Positions 48,701 through 56,504 of a stretch of 64,000 nt of DNA are shown in pieces (position 1 is the first letter of the stretch; the number at the start of each line of letters is the position of its first letter). This stretch comes from Candidatus Limnocylindrales bacterium. Its GTDB lineage: Bacteria > Chloroflexota > Limnocylindria > Limnocylindrales > CSP1-4. Below the pieces are notes generated by a model that was not told the DNA's origin, ran no database searches, and worked only from the letters and a program-made list of their open reading frames with translations. The stretch lies in NCBI GenBank assembly GCA_038239115.1, contig JBBSFD010000003.1, positions 24,402 through 88,401 of the forward strand. Direction: 5' to 3'. The position numbers were made by a program, and so were the translations under genes.

Positions 48701-49574
48701 GGGCGTACTCCTTGCGCAGCTCGCGCGGGATCTTGAGGTTGCCCAGCAGCTCCAGCCGTTCGATCGCGACGGCGAGCGGGCCGTAGCGCGACTCGAAGAC
48801 GGCCCGCTCCTCGGCGACGTAGGCATCGAAGTCATCGGGCGTGACCAGCTCATCCTTGGCCCGGTTGATGAACTGGACGAACGAACCAAAGGCCCACCAG
48901 GCACCGTGATAGAACAGGTCGAGGCCGGCCTCGAGGTCCCGCAGCAAGAGCACTTGGCCAATCCCGTCGAGCACCTCGGGGTGGGCCGGCAGGCCTGCCT
49001 CGGCACCAGCCTGGGTCAGGACCTGGTGACAGAAGCTGTGGAAGTTCGACACGCTCATCCGAGCTCGGACGGCCGGCCCGAGGGCGAGGTCGAGCCGCTC
49101 CTGAAGCTCCCGGGCGGCCTTCACGTTGTAGGTCAGGACGAGGATCTGCTCGGGCAGCAGTGGGCCGGCAAATGGCTCGAGGCGGGGATCCCGCCGCGCG
49201 CCCAGACCAGACCGGCCGCTCGGGAGTGGGACGACCGGCGCTGGGTCCGGCTCGGCCTCGGCGGGCCACAGCCCCACCTGGGCCGGTGTCGTGGCTGGGC
49301 CGAAGGCCCGGGGCTTGATCGAGGCCGGGGCCAGAGCCGATACCTGGGCCGCGGCGGCCGGCCGCTCCTCCGGCTCGTCGGGCAGCAACCGGCCGAGTGC
49401 GTCGCGGCTGCCCCGTCCATACGTATCGAGGAGCCAGCGGACCCGCTCGACGATCACCCGGGTCTTGCCCGTCCCGGCGCCGGCGATCACGACTGCCGGA
49501 CCGTCGCCGAAGCGGACGATCCGCTCCTGCTCATCGGTCAGGGCAACGGGCAGCGGCGGCGCAGCCTGGATCAA
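45687..49574 (-). CDS. UvrD/Rep-family SF1 helicase fused to a C-terminal PD-(D/E)XK (RecB-type) nuclease with Cys cluster (AddA/AdnB-like)
   Basis: Walker A AGAGTGKT, motif II VDEFQD, VGDDDQSIY, helicase motifs V-VI (TVYQAKGLEFPVV, YVALTRA). Nuclease motifs GSIDRIDRL, EVIDYKTG, QLSIYALA and terminal CERCPYAALC. 1295 aa. A Pro/Ala-rich insertion follows Walker A. Confidence 0.85.
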   Translation of the reverse strand: MIQAAPPLPVALTDEQERIVRFGDGPAVVIAGAGTGKTRVIVERVRWLLDTYGRGSRDALGRLLPDEPEERPAAAAQVSALAPASIKPRAFGPATTPAQVGLWPAEAEPDPAPVVPLPSGRSGLGARRDPRLEPFAGPLLPEQILVLTYNVKAARELQERLDLALGPAVRARMSVSNFHSFCHQVLTQAGAEAGLPAHPEVLDGIGQVLLLRDLEAGLDLFYHGAWWAFGSFVQFINRAKDELVTPDDFDAYVAEERAVFESRYGPLAVAIERLELLGNLKIPRELRKEYARLRKFERAEARGDDLLEDRRPSPDKAADREARRTVLGTGAVQHTRHFNAAERIEIDKLAGSYVVDGAALEIVRLDEQARVYRAYQAELIARGALDFGEQIAAVTRLWKARPNILRRWQRTYRYILVDEFQDANVAQIELIELLGRTPDRPDNVMVVGDDDQSIYHFRGASFAAFGEFGRRFSGPPIHAPGARSPGPPARLQITRNFRSVPEILAVANRLIAHNLERQEPDKRLITDRPPGQTVEVIACAGPEDEAVAVVDAIQDLARRPDGPPAWSSIAVLYRKHKHRNEIVARLRDEEIPYTVVGGLSLFDTPEVRDLEQSLRAIADPHHDVALVRMMSAGPWRLDPLEILEISRMARFDRGHLIDAAREVVASGQLKVERLDVPADGSDAPSGTGASGVIATRAIAVGPDTRAKLRRLLETIDELAPQTWREGPYTLLERFLERTGQILDLIGADTRESQRIAVNLASFLRFTNDWQTAFPSGHLNQFVDYLDAYQDAGGELPTSVELSEDVEGVRLMTVYQAKGLEFPVVIVPGLVEREWPGTMGINDLFPIDLLREGRPSPDFNLEEERRLLYVALTRAQDRLIVTCHPGPAGQNLGFSPFIAELRGVGEDGLDGPAIRFIDRAAGVSGTLETVPDDPAGLREADDPLLERSVAAVRRVMPLPTRRERRLALRLRATELVGMLEGTSAASPESEAARLRFTEELAQVGRSAATSAEDARARGLDPFTFQELAQDSVAGAHLLQVAPLGRHFSYSQFSTYEHCPLEYAFASVYRIPTARTAGYFAFGSAAHAAFEEFTRERRERLARGEPAPTRADLERIFAAGWKPEDFGDRTTEAEYQRKTGNLLERFWQGELSSTSQVLHEELPFELQLEPADGSPTVVVTGSIDRIDRLPSGGIEVIDYKTGNSKSQKEAAVNLQLSIYALACRDALGLGRPERVTLYFTESSMRTSSTRSDEELEAARADILARAARIRSGDFAATPSQKTCERCPYAALCPSRIN

Positions 49575-49664
49575 GCAGCCCCCGCCGGGATCAGCCAGCT
49601 TGTCGGTCCGGTCACCACACGTGGAGAGTACCCGGCCGGTGTGACAGCTTGCCCGTCACGACAC

Positions 49665-51005
49665 CTAGTCGAGGGCGGTCAGCGGATCTCCCGTGGCTGC
49701 GGCCGCCGGCTCGACGCCCCGGGCCGCTGCCATCCGAGCCGGCCGGGCCCGCATCGTATTGCCCAGCGCGGCGCCCTTGGGCAGCCGCCGATACCAGACG
49801 TAGCCGACGAGCGCGGCCACGAACGACACGGCTCCACCGATGCCAATCGCCTCCTGGGCCCCGGCATTGGCGGCGATCGCCCCGAAGAGCAGGCCGCCGA
49901 TCGGGCTCGTCCCGGCGAAGACGGTCAGATACACGCTCATCACCCGGCCGCGCAGCTCGTCCGGCACCTGCAACTGGATGACCGTGTTGGCCGTCGCCAT
50001 CATCGAGATCGCCCCGGCCCCGGCCAAGAACATCAGGACCAGGTCGGCCGGATAACTGCTGATCCCTTCCATCACCACCTCGGCCAGACCCAGGACCGCT
50101 GCCCCGATGAGCATCCGGATTGCCTGGGTCCCCCGGAAGGCAATGACCAGGGCGGCCAGCAGCGAGCCCAGGCCAGAGGCGGCCATGAGGAAGCCGTAGC
50201 CGCTCGCACCGACGTGCAGGACACCGTCGGCCAGGGGCGGGATGACGATCGAGAAGTTGATTCCAAAGGTGGCCACGACGCCGATGATCGTCACCGCCAG
50301 CAGGACGATGCCAGTCCGCCGGACGTAGCGCAGGCCGTCGGCCAGGTTGGCGAAGACCTCGCCGGCCGAGGTCGGCCGGTCGAAGCGGGGCGCGGGCCGG
50401 AGGTCCGCTTCGCTCATCAGGAAGAGGCCGAACAGGACCGCCAGGAAGCTGATCGCGTCGATCAGGAAGGCGATCGGGACGCCGAACGCGCCGATGGCCA
50501 GGCCGGCCAGGGCCGGTCCGATAATCCGGGCGCCGTTGAACATGGCCGAGTTGAGGGCGACGGCATTGCTCACGTCGTCGCGCCCGACCATCTCCACGGC
50601 GAAGGCCTGGCGGGTGGGCATGTCGACCGAGTTGCGGACGCCCATGATCGCCGCGAGCACAAATACGTGCCACACCTGGACGGTGCCGGTCACGGTCAGC
50701 AGGAACAGGGCAAAGCTGACCCCCATCGCGACCGTCTGGGTCACGTACAGGGTTCGGCGTTTGGGCAGGCCGTCGGCGATCAGGCCGCCGAACAGGCCCA
50801 GGACGAGGACGGGGCCGAACTGGGCGACCGTCAGCAAGCCCAGGTCGAACGGGTTGCCGGTGAGCTGCAGGATCAGCCAGCTCTGGGCGACCGCGGTCAT
50901 CCAGGTGCCGATCAGCGAAACGAGCTGGCCGCTGAAGAAGAGACGGTAGTTCCGGTGGCCGAAGGCGGTCAGGCCCCGCGAGCCGGTGATCGAGGCCCGG
51001 TTCAT
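49665..51005 (-). CDS. MFS transporter (EntS/enterobactin-exporter-like)
   Basis: 12 TM helices. RNYRLFFSGQLVSLIGTWMTAVAQSWL is a typical EntS-type N-terminus. ATGA overlap with the upstream MerR gene. Confidence 0.85.
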   Translation of the reverse strand: MNRASITGSRGLTAFGHRNYRLFFSGQLVSLIGTWMTAVAQSWLILQLTGNPFDLGLLTVAQFGPVLVLGLFGGLIADGLPKRRTLYVTQTVAMGVSFALFLLTVTGTVQVWHVFVLAAIMGVRNSVDMPTRQAFAVEMVGRDDVSNAVALNSAMFNGARIIGPALAGLAIGAFGVPIAFLIDAISFLAVLFGLFLMSEADLRPAPRFDRPTSAGEVFANLADGLRYVRRTGIVLLAVTIIGVVATFGINFSIVIPPLADGVLHVGASGYGFLMAASGLGSLLAALVIAFRGTQAIRMLIGAAVLGLAEVVMEGISSYPADLVLMFLAGAGAISMMATANTVIQLQVPDELRGRVMSVYLTVFAGTSPIGGLLFGAIAANAGAQEAIGIGGAVSFVAALVGYVWYRRLPKGAALGNTMRARPARMAAARGVEPAAAATGDPLTALD

Positions 51006-51517
51006 CGGACTGCCCCCGAACCGCCCGCGTCGATGTCGGCCACCCGGGCGGAGAGTCGCTGGCGCCGAACCTCGACGGCCTCGACCATGGCCTCGATCCG
51101 CTCGATCTTCTCGCGCAGGATGCCGGCCTGGCGCTCCAGCCTGGCCAGCGAATCGGTCAGGATGGCTCGCCGCTCGGTGACGTCGCCGGTGCGCGAGAAC
51201 GCCTCCCGGGCCTTGGTCCGGGCCGCTTCGTCCTCGAGCAGCTGGCTGATCTCGGCCAGCGAGAATCCGGCGTCATCGCGGAGGCCCTTGATGAAGCGCA
51301 GCCGGTCGACATCCGAGGCGTCGTAGAGGCGATAGGCGCCATCGCTGCGGGCGGCCGGGCTGAGCAGGCCGAGCTCTTCGTAGTAGCGGATCGAACGAGT
51401 GGTCAGGCCGAGCTCGGAGGCCACTTCCTGGATTCGCAGGAGACGCGGCTCGAGCGCGGCGACGGAGGCGGCCGATCCGGCCGGCGCGACCTCCTCGGGG
51501 GCGGTGTTGAGGGTCAT
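51002..51517 (-). CDS. MerR-family transcriptional regulator
   Basis: HTH LLRIQEVASELGLTTRSIRYYEELGLL plus C-terminal coiled coil. ATG 51517 preferred over the track GTG 51535 because of the promoter geometry (see regulatory feature). Confidence 0.85.
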   Translation of the reverse strand: MTLNTAPEEVAPAGSAASVAALEPRLLRIQEVASELGLTTRSIRYYEELGLLSPAARSDGAYRLYDASDVDRLRFIKGLRDDAGFSLAEISQLLEDEAARTKAREAFSRTGDVTERRAILTDSLARLERQAGILREKIERIEAMVEAVEVRRQRLSARVADIDAGGSGAVR

Positions 51518-51523
51518 GTCGGT

Positions 51524-51558
51524 ATTGTAGTGCACATTGACGTATACGTAAACGTCAA
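51524..51558 (-). promoter_or_regulatory. MerR-type operator/promoter: palindrome TTGACG-N10-CGTCAA (51537-51558), then TACAAT (minus strand, 51529-51524) 6 nt before the merR ATG
   Basis: Perfect 6-bp inverted repeat with TTGACG as a -35-like hexamer. -10-like TACAAT placed for a leaderless transcript. All seen directly. Confidence 0.5.
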
Positions 51559-51618
51559 TGCGGATAGCGCGACCGCCGGCAACCCCGGTTCCAGCGCGGC
51601 TCGTGCTACTCTCGGGCC

Positions 51619-51864
51619 ATGAAGGATGCCCGGCTGTTCGAGTACATCAACGAGCTTTCCGCTGAAGAAGAAGCCCTCTTCGCGAAGGCGGGCGCCAGTG
51701 GCGGCCTGAGCCAGGCGGAGATCGAGCGACTCGACGAGATCAAGGTCGAGCTCGATCAGGGCTATGACCTGCTCCATCAGCGCCAGGCCCGGCGCGCCGC
51801 CGGCCTGGACCCGTCCGAGGCCGAAGTCCGGCCGCCTGAAGTGGTCGAGCGCTACCAGCAGTAG
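51619..51864 (+). CDS. DUF2630-family small protein
   Basis: MKDARLFEYINELSAEEEALFAKAG...ERLDEIKVELDQGYDLLHQRQARRAAGLDP fits the 80-aa DUF2630 pattern. Confidence 0.65.
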   Translation: MKDARLFEYINELSAEEEALFAKAGASGGLSQAEIERLDEIKVELDQGYDLLHQRQARRAAGLDPSEAEVRPPEVVERYQQ

Positions 51865-51930
51865 CCGGCCGGCGCGGCCAGGGCGATCCGGGCGGAGGCA
51901 GGCACATCGTTGGCCGCCCCTCGTAGCGTT

Positions 51931-52121
51931 GGCAAATCGTTCGTTGCTCGAGCCGTACGCAACGGCGGCGGCTGACTACTCACCGATTCGGGTGGCGATC
52001 AGTGTGAACCGTGCTCGAGCCGGGAGTGCTGGGCAGGCGACAAGGTCCAGTGAGGCGATTCGGCCTGACTAAGCCCAGACCAAAGAACGATTTGTCACTG
52101 CGGCGCGGTCACTGCGGCGCG
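51931..52121. repeat. MITE-like element: 12/13-bp terminal inverted repeats (ggcaaatcgttc ... gaacgatttgtc) about 150 bp apart, internal hairpin GTTGC-N11-GCAAC, ctcgagccg duplicated, and a 14-bp tandem duplication (gtcactgcggcgcg x2) at the right end
   Basis: All repeats seen directly in the convergent intergenic region between the DUF2630 gene and the RibD_C gene. Confidence 0.45.
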
Positions 52122-52122
52122 C

Positions 52123-52845
52123 TCAGCCCGGCGGCTCGAAGTCGTAGCGCAGGAAGACGTGGTTGGCGGCGCGACGGACGGACATGAGGTCGGCCCAGGG
52201 GGCTTCATCCACCCCGAAGGTCGTGCCTTCGAGCAGGCCGAAACGGGCGAGCCGGTCGTCCCGGCCGGCCAGCTGGGGGGCGACCGTGAGGAACAGCTGA
52301 TCGAGCAGCCCAGCCGCGGTCAGGTCGCCGATCAGGTGCGGGCCGCCTTCGCACAGGACGAGCCGCGCCCCGAGGGAGGCGGCCAGGTCGATCAGCTCGG
52401 CCGCACCGACGCCGTGGCCTTCACCGACCGCTGCCACGCGCACGTTCTCGGCCTGCCCGGCCGTGGCCAAGCGGGCCGCGCCGGCCGGCGTTGTCGCGAT
52501 CACGACGGGGACATCGGGGGCGGACAGGCCTGGGTGGTGCGGGTCCAGGGCGCCACTCGCCGTGGCCACCAGCGTGGTCGGCTGCTCCGCCACGATGCCC
52601 ATCGCGGCTCGCCACTGCTGGTATAGCCCAGCGGAGGCCGGATTGACCCGGCGCGCCGTCCATTCGTGGGTGGGTGCGGCACGGACGGTGCCGGCCCCGA
52701 CCAGGACGACGTCGGCCGCCGCCCGGAGGAGCCCCATCACGAACCGGTCGGGATCGAAGAAGCCGCTGACTTCGCCGCCGCCCGAGCTCTCGTCGGTGTC
52801 GAATGCAACGACCCCGTCGATCGTCGAGACGAAATTGGCGATCAC
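52123..52845 (-). CDS. RibD C-terminal domain reductase of the Rv2671-like family (dihydrofolate-reductase-like)
   Basis: VIANFVSTIDGVVAFDTDESSGGGEVSGFFDPDRFVMGLLRAAADVVLVGAGTVR matches the Rv2671 region around LRANFISSLDG. GTG 52845 is the first canonical start, but about 60 conserved-looking in-frame codons lie upstream with no ATG/GTG/TTG, reaching a CTG that overlaps the folE stop (CTGA). Confidence 0.8.
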   Translation of the reverse strand: MIANFVSTIDGVVAFDTDESSGGGEVSGFFDPDRFVMGLLRAAADVVLVGAGTVRAAPTHEWTARRVNPASAGLYQQWRAAMGIVAEQPTTLVATASGALDPHHPGLSAPDVPVVIATTPAGAARLATAGQAENVRVAAVGEGHGVGAAELIDLAASLGARLVLCEGGPHLIGDLTAAGLLDQLFLTVAPQLAGRDDRLARFGLLEGTTFGVDEAPWADLMSVRRAANHVFLRYDFEPPG

Positions 52846-53021
52846 CGTTGGTCGATTGGGCCGGAGGGCAATCTGCAGCTCGCCGTCATAGCGATCGCGC
52901 AGGCCGGCCGGGAAGGCGCCGCCTCGAACGAGGCTCGAGCCGGTCTCGGCCGTGCGCTCCCACAGTCGCTCAAGCCCGACCGAGCCGGTCGGCCCGGCTG
53001 GACGACCCGGGCGCTGGCCGG

Positions 53022-53708
53022 TCAGGACCCTCCACCCCGTAGGCCGCTGACGTCGAAGAACTCGCCCCGGAGCTGCGGGCTGTCAACGTAGACGCCGCGA
53101 TAGGACGTCGTTCGAGTTCGAGGCTGCAGCTCGCGCACGCCCCGCATCTGCGTGCACAGGTGGTGGGCTTCGGCGTAGACGGCGACGCCGTGGGGAGTCA
53201 TGAGCCCATCGAGCTCATCGCAAATTTGGTAGGTCATCCGCTCCTGCACGCCGAATCGCCGAGTGATCACCCGGACCAGGCGGGTCAGCTTGCTGATCCC
53301 GATGATCCCCTCGTGGGCGACGTAGCCGACATAGACGTTGCCGAAGAACGGCAGGGCATGGTGCTCGCACAGCGAGAAGAACGGGATCGGGCCTTCGACC
53401 ACCTGGGCAATCTCGCAATTCGCGCCGCCCCGGCATTCGGTCGGGAAGGCGGTCAGCAGCTTGGGATCACCTTCGTAGCCAGAGGTCGTGTCGAACAGCG
53501 CCCTGAGGTGGCGGCTGGGCGTGTTGACCGTGCTCGGCGTATCAAGATCGAGGCCCAGCGCGGTAAAGATCTCGGCCAGGTAGCCCTCGAACCGAACCCG
53601 GTCGGCGGCCGTCAGCGTGCGGGGCTTGTCGGGGGTCAGCCGGGGTTCGAGCTCATCGTCAAAACGCTCACGCACATGGTCGTGCTCATGCTCGTGCTCC
53701 CGGGTCAT
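53022..53708 (-). CDS. folE: GTP cyclohydrolase I
   Basis: FFSLCEHHALPFFGNVYVGYV with the CEHH zinc motif and the C-terminal HLCTQMRGV region are diagnostic. Confidence 0.9.
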   Translation of the reverse strand: MTREHEHEHDHVRERFDDELEPRLTPDKPRTLTAADRVRFEGYLAEIFTALGLDLDTPSTVNTPSRHLRALFDTTSGYEGDPKLLTAFPTECRGGANCEIAQVVEGPIPFFSLCEHHALPFFGNVYVGYVAHEGIIGISKLTRLVRVITRRFGVQERMTYQICDELDGLMTPHGVAVYAEAHHLCTQMRGVRELQPRTRTTSYRGVYVDSPQLRGEFFDVSGLRGGGS

Positions 53709-54031
53709 GGCGTCGGTGGATTCATCGCGGCTCGGACCTCGCTACGTTCGATCGATCATACGAGCAACCGCCGCGAGCGGATCCGAAGGCGCCGCGGCTT
53801 CCGGCGCGGAACGAATCAGCGCATTTCCGCTCAGCCGGCGGGCACGGGTCTGTCCCGGTGGCAGGTTCCGGGCATAGAATCAGGCGGTGGAGATCAGCCA
53901 GCTGCGCAGGATCGCGGGGCGGATTGCCCTGGCCATCGGGGTCGTCCTGCTCATCGCCCTGATCGCGCTGGCCGTGGTGGGCATGCCGACCAGCCTGTCA
54001 TAGGTCTCGCGGCGTTGATCGCCGCGGCGCG

Positions 54032-54352
54032 TCAGGCCTTCTTCTTGCCCTGCCGGCCGGTCAGCGGGACGCGGCTGAACAGCAGCACGCCGGGCATGTC
54101 TGGTCGACTGCTGACATAGACGGTCGCGCCGGCGGCCTTGACCACCTTGCTGGCCGCAGCCCGGGCGGTAGCCGCCTTGCCTTCATAGTGCCAGGGCAGG
54201 ACCTGCGAGGCAGCGCCAACGCTGACTTCGTTGACCAGCCGAGCCAGATCTTCGTCACGTGGGTTGGTCCGATGTCCACGCGGTGTCGGCTTGCGCTTCA
54301 GGTCTTCAAGGTTGAGCGGCTTGCCAACCTTGATCGTGGTGAACTTGGCCAA
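54032..54352 (-). CDS. Hypothetical Lys-rich small protein (about 106 aa)
   Basis: TTG start at 54352 with an ideal RBS (GGAGGA, 6-nt spacer). LAKFTTIKVGKPLNLEDLKRKPTPRGH...GRQGKKKA. The track start 54493 lacks an RBS. Confidence 0.5.
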   Translation of the reverse strand: MAKFTTIKVGKPLNLEDLKRKPTPRGHRTNPRDEDLARLVNEVSVGAASQVLPWHYEGKAATARAAASKVVKAAGATVYVSSRPDMPGVLLFSRVPLTGRQGKKKA

Positions 54353-54534
54353 TCGAGTTCCTCCAGAGAGCCCAGTGGGAAACGTCAACAGGTCCACAAC
54401 TGTACGCATTAAGGACCGGCGAGTCCAGCACCAATGATTGACTGCTTCGCCCGTTTCGGCCGGATGATTCATGGCATGATCCGTTCGATGCAACGGTTTG
54501 ATCGCGTAGCCGTAGTGCTTGCCTTCGTGTTGAG

Positions 54535-54886
54535 TTAGCGCGGCTTCTTGGGCGGCAGCGTCGCGACGTTGCCCAGGGCTCGATCGATCCAGCTCCGGCC
54601 CTCGGCGCTGCCGACCATCGCCGGCGGCATCGACACGTAACCGCCCATCGGCCGCCCGGCCGGGCCAAAGGGTCCGGCGCCCTCGACCGCCATCAACGCC
54701 GCCGCATCACCCGGCGTCAGCTTCAGCCCGATGTCGGCGCCGAACAGACCCATGAACAGGTTGCCGTTCACGAAGGCGCCCAGGTTGCCGACATGGGCTT
54801 GACCTCGACCCGTGGGTCGAGGGGCACGGCCTCTCGAAAGCGGGCCTTGTCGGCTTCGGTCGGTTTGGGCATCTCCATGGCTGGCC
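54535..54886 (-). pseudogene. TfoX N-terminal-domain gene with an apparent 1-nt deletion (frameshift near 54800)
   Basis: ATG 54886 with RBS GGGAGG. MEMPKPTEADKARFREAVPLDPRVEVKPM, then the frame breaks. The downstream frame (54535..54771) continues GAFVNGNLFMGLFGADIGLKLTPGD, the conserved TfoX_N core. The expected KPMFGNLGAFVNGN would be restored by inserting one T in atgtcggcaacc. Confidence 0.45.
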
Positions 54887-54921
54887 TCCCTGAGCGATTC
54901 CAGAGGGTTTGCGAATCAGCC

Positions 54922-55401
54922 TCAGGCGAAGGCGGCCGCAGCCTCGACGTGATGGACAGCGTCGAGCAGGCTGTGGGCGCGATGGTCGGGGCGCATCGGA
55001 TCCGCGTCGTCGGCCGCCGGCCCGACGCACACGATCCGCAGGCCGGGGCAGCCGCGTCCGCTGGCCAGGCTTGCTTCGGTTGCGATGAGCCACTCGGCCG
55101 TGTGTGCGGCTCGCAGCTGAGTCAGCAGCTGGACGACCTCCGGATCAACCGTTCGGCCACCGCCGGCGTGCTGCTGCCAGCCCGCGGGCCGGTCGGTCGA
55201 CACGCCGGCCCATGACACAGCGATCAGCTGGTGGCCCTCACCGGCATCGCCCGGGTCGGCCAGGATCGCCGCGCCGCCCTCGTCGCCAGGTGCGACGAGC
55301 AGGATCACCGGCCCGATCAGGGCGAGCCGGTCGATGGCCGCCCGGCCTTCATCGCGGGAGCCCGCCGTCAGCACGCCTGCGTCGACGATCGTGGCCGTCA
55401 T
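54922..55401 (-). CDS. Hypothetical protein (159 aa), translationally coupled to the upstream response regulator
   Basis: Start ATG overlaps the regulator stop (TGATG). Alpha/beta-like composition. No family assigned. Confidence 0.5.
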   Translation of the reverse strand: MTATIVDAGVLTAGSRDEGRAAIDRLALIGPVILLVAPGDEGGAAILADPGDAGEGHQLIAVSWAGVSTDRPAGWQQHAGGGRTVDPEVVQLLTQLRAAHTAEWLIATEASLASGRGCPGLRIVCVGPAADDADPMRPDHRAHSLLDAVHHVEAAAAFA

Positions 55402-56147
55402 CAGCTGCCGGCCGGCGGCTCCACGGCCTCCGGCACCGGTGCTCCGGCGGCGGCGGGTGGGCTGGCGTTCAGGACGTAGCCGATCCCCTGGAACGTGGTG
55501 ATCGGTCCCGGGCTGCCGGGGGCCGCGCCGAGCTTGCGCCGGACACGGCTGATCCAGACGCGCAGGTACTGCAGGTCATCCCGGTACTCCGGTCCCCAGA
55601 CCTTGGTCAGCAATTCGGTATGGAGGACGACCTTGCCGGCGTTGACGGCCAGGTGCTGCAGGAGCAGCCACTCGGTACGACTCAGCGAAACGAGCTCACC
55701 GTCGCGCGTCACGAGGCGTCGCTCGAGGTCGATCTCGACGCTGCCCACATGGACGATGCCCGACCCGGGGGCGACACCCGAGGCACGCCGCAGGACGGCC
55801 CGCACCCGGGCCGCCAACTCATCCGGGTGGAACGGCTTGGCAATGTAGTCGTCGGCCCCCAGGTCGAGGCCCTTGGCCTTGTCCGCGGTCGCCCCCTTGG
55901 CCGTGAGCAGGATCACCGGCACTGGGCGCCACTCGCGCAGCTGCTTCATCACCTCGATCCCATCCAGGTCGGGCATGACGATGTCGAGCAGGACGATGTC
56001 GGGCCGCATCTCCTCGGCCTTGCGCAGGGCTTCTTCTCCGCCCGACGCCGTCACGACCCGAAAGCCTTCGTCATGAAGGGTGAGTGCGACGAGCTTGGTG
56101 ATGCGCGGTTCGTCGTCCGCTACGAGCACGAGTGGCTGGTTCGCCAC
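55401..56147 (-). CDS. OmpR-family response regulator, KdpE-like
   Basis: Receiver (VLVADDEPRI, LLDIVMPDLDG, AKPF) and winged helix (LSRTEWLLLQHL, LRVWISRVRRKL, ITTFQGIGY) closely resemble KdpE. Confidence 0.9.
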   Translation of the reverse strand: MANQPLVLVADDEPRITKLVALTLHDEGFRVVTASGGEEALRKAEEMRPDIVLLDIVMPDLDGIEVMKQLREWRPVPVILLTAKGATADKAKGLDLGADDYIAKPFHPDELAARVRAVLRRASGVAPGSGIVHVGSVEIDLERRLVTRDGELVSLSRTEWLLLQHLAVNAGKVVLHTELLTKVWGPEYRDDLQYLRVWISRVRRKLGAAPGSPGPITTFQGIGYVLNASPPAAAGAPVPEAVEPPAGS

Positions 56148-56300
56148 ATGACCCTCCTCGATAGCGACCTGAAAGGCGGCGATCCGATACTAGGCGTGAA
56201 ACGAGGCGCCTGCTGAATGAACCGCCCGATAGGGGCGGCCAGCCGGCATGCGCAAAGCGGCCGGCCTCGCGGCCGGCCGTCTTCGCGCCAAGAAGGGTGA

Positions 56301-56504
56301 TCAGCGAGGATCGTTGACGGCGTGGTGGGCGTCGCGGTCGACGTCGGCCGCGCCATCGCGTGCCTTGTCGCCGGCCTTGCCCAGGCCGTCCTTGATCCGG
56401 TCCCCGGCGTTGCCGAGATCGTCGTCGAAGGAATGGCCATCACTATCGCGGACGGCTTCCTTGGTCCCGGTCTTGATGTCTCGCGCGGTGTCCTTGATGT
56501 CCAT
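56301..56504 (-). CDS. CsbD-family general stress protein
   Basis: ATG 56504 with RBS GGAGG. MDIKDTARDIKTGTKEAVRD...GNAGDRIKDGLGKAGDKARD are CsbD-type KxGxxK repeats. Confidence 0.75.
   Translation of the reverse strand: MDIKDTARDIKTGTKEAVRDSDGHSFDDDLGNAGDRIKDGLGKAGDKARDGAADVDRDAHHAVNDPR

Noticed and set aside
47709-51326. 1205-aa plus-strand ORF
   Set aside because: Antisense to the helicase-nuclease and MFS genes. Composition dominated by R/G/D/P/A/E with no motifs.
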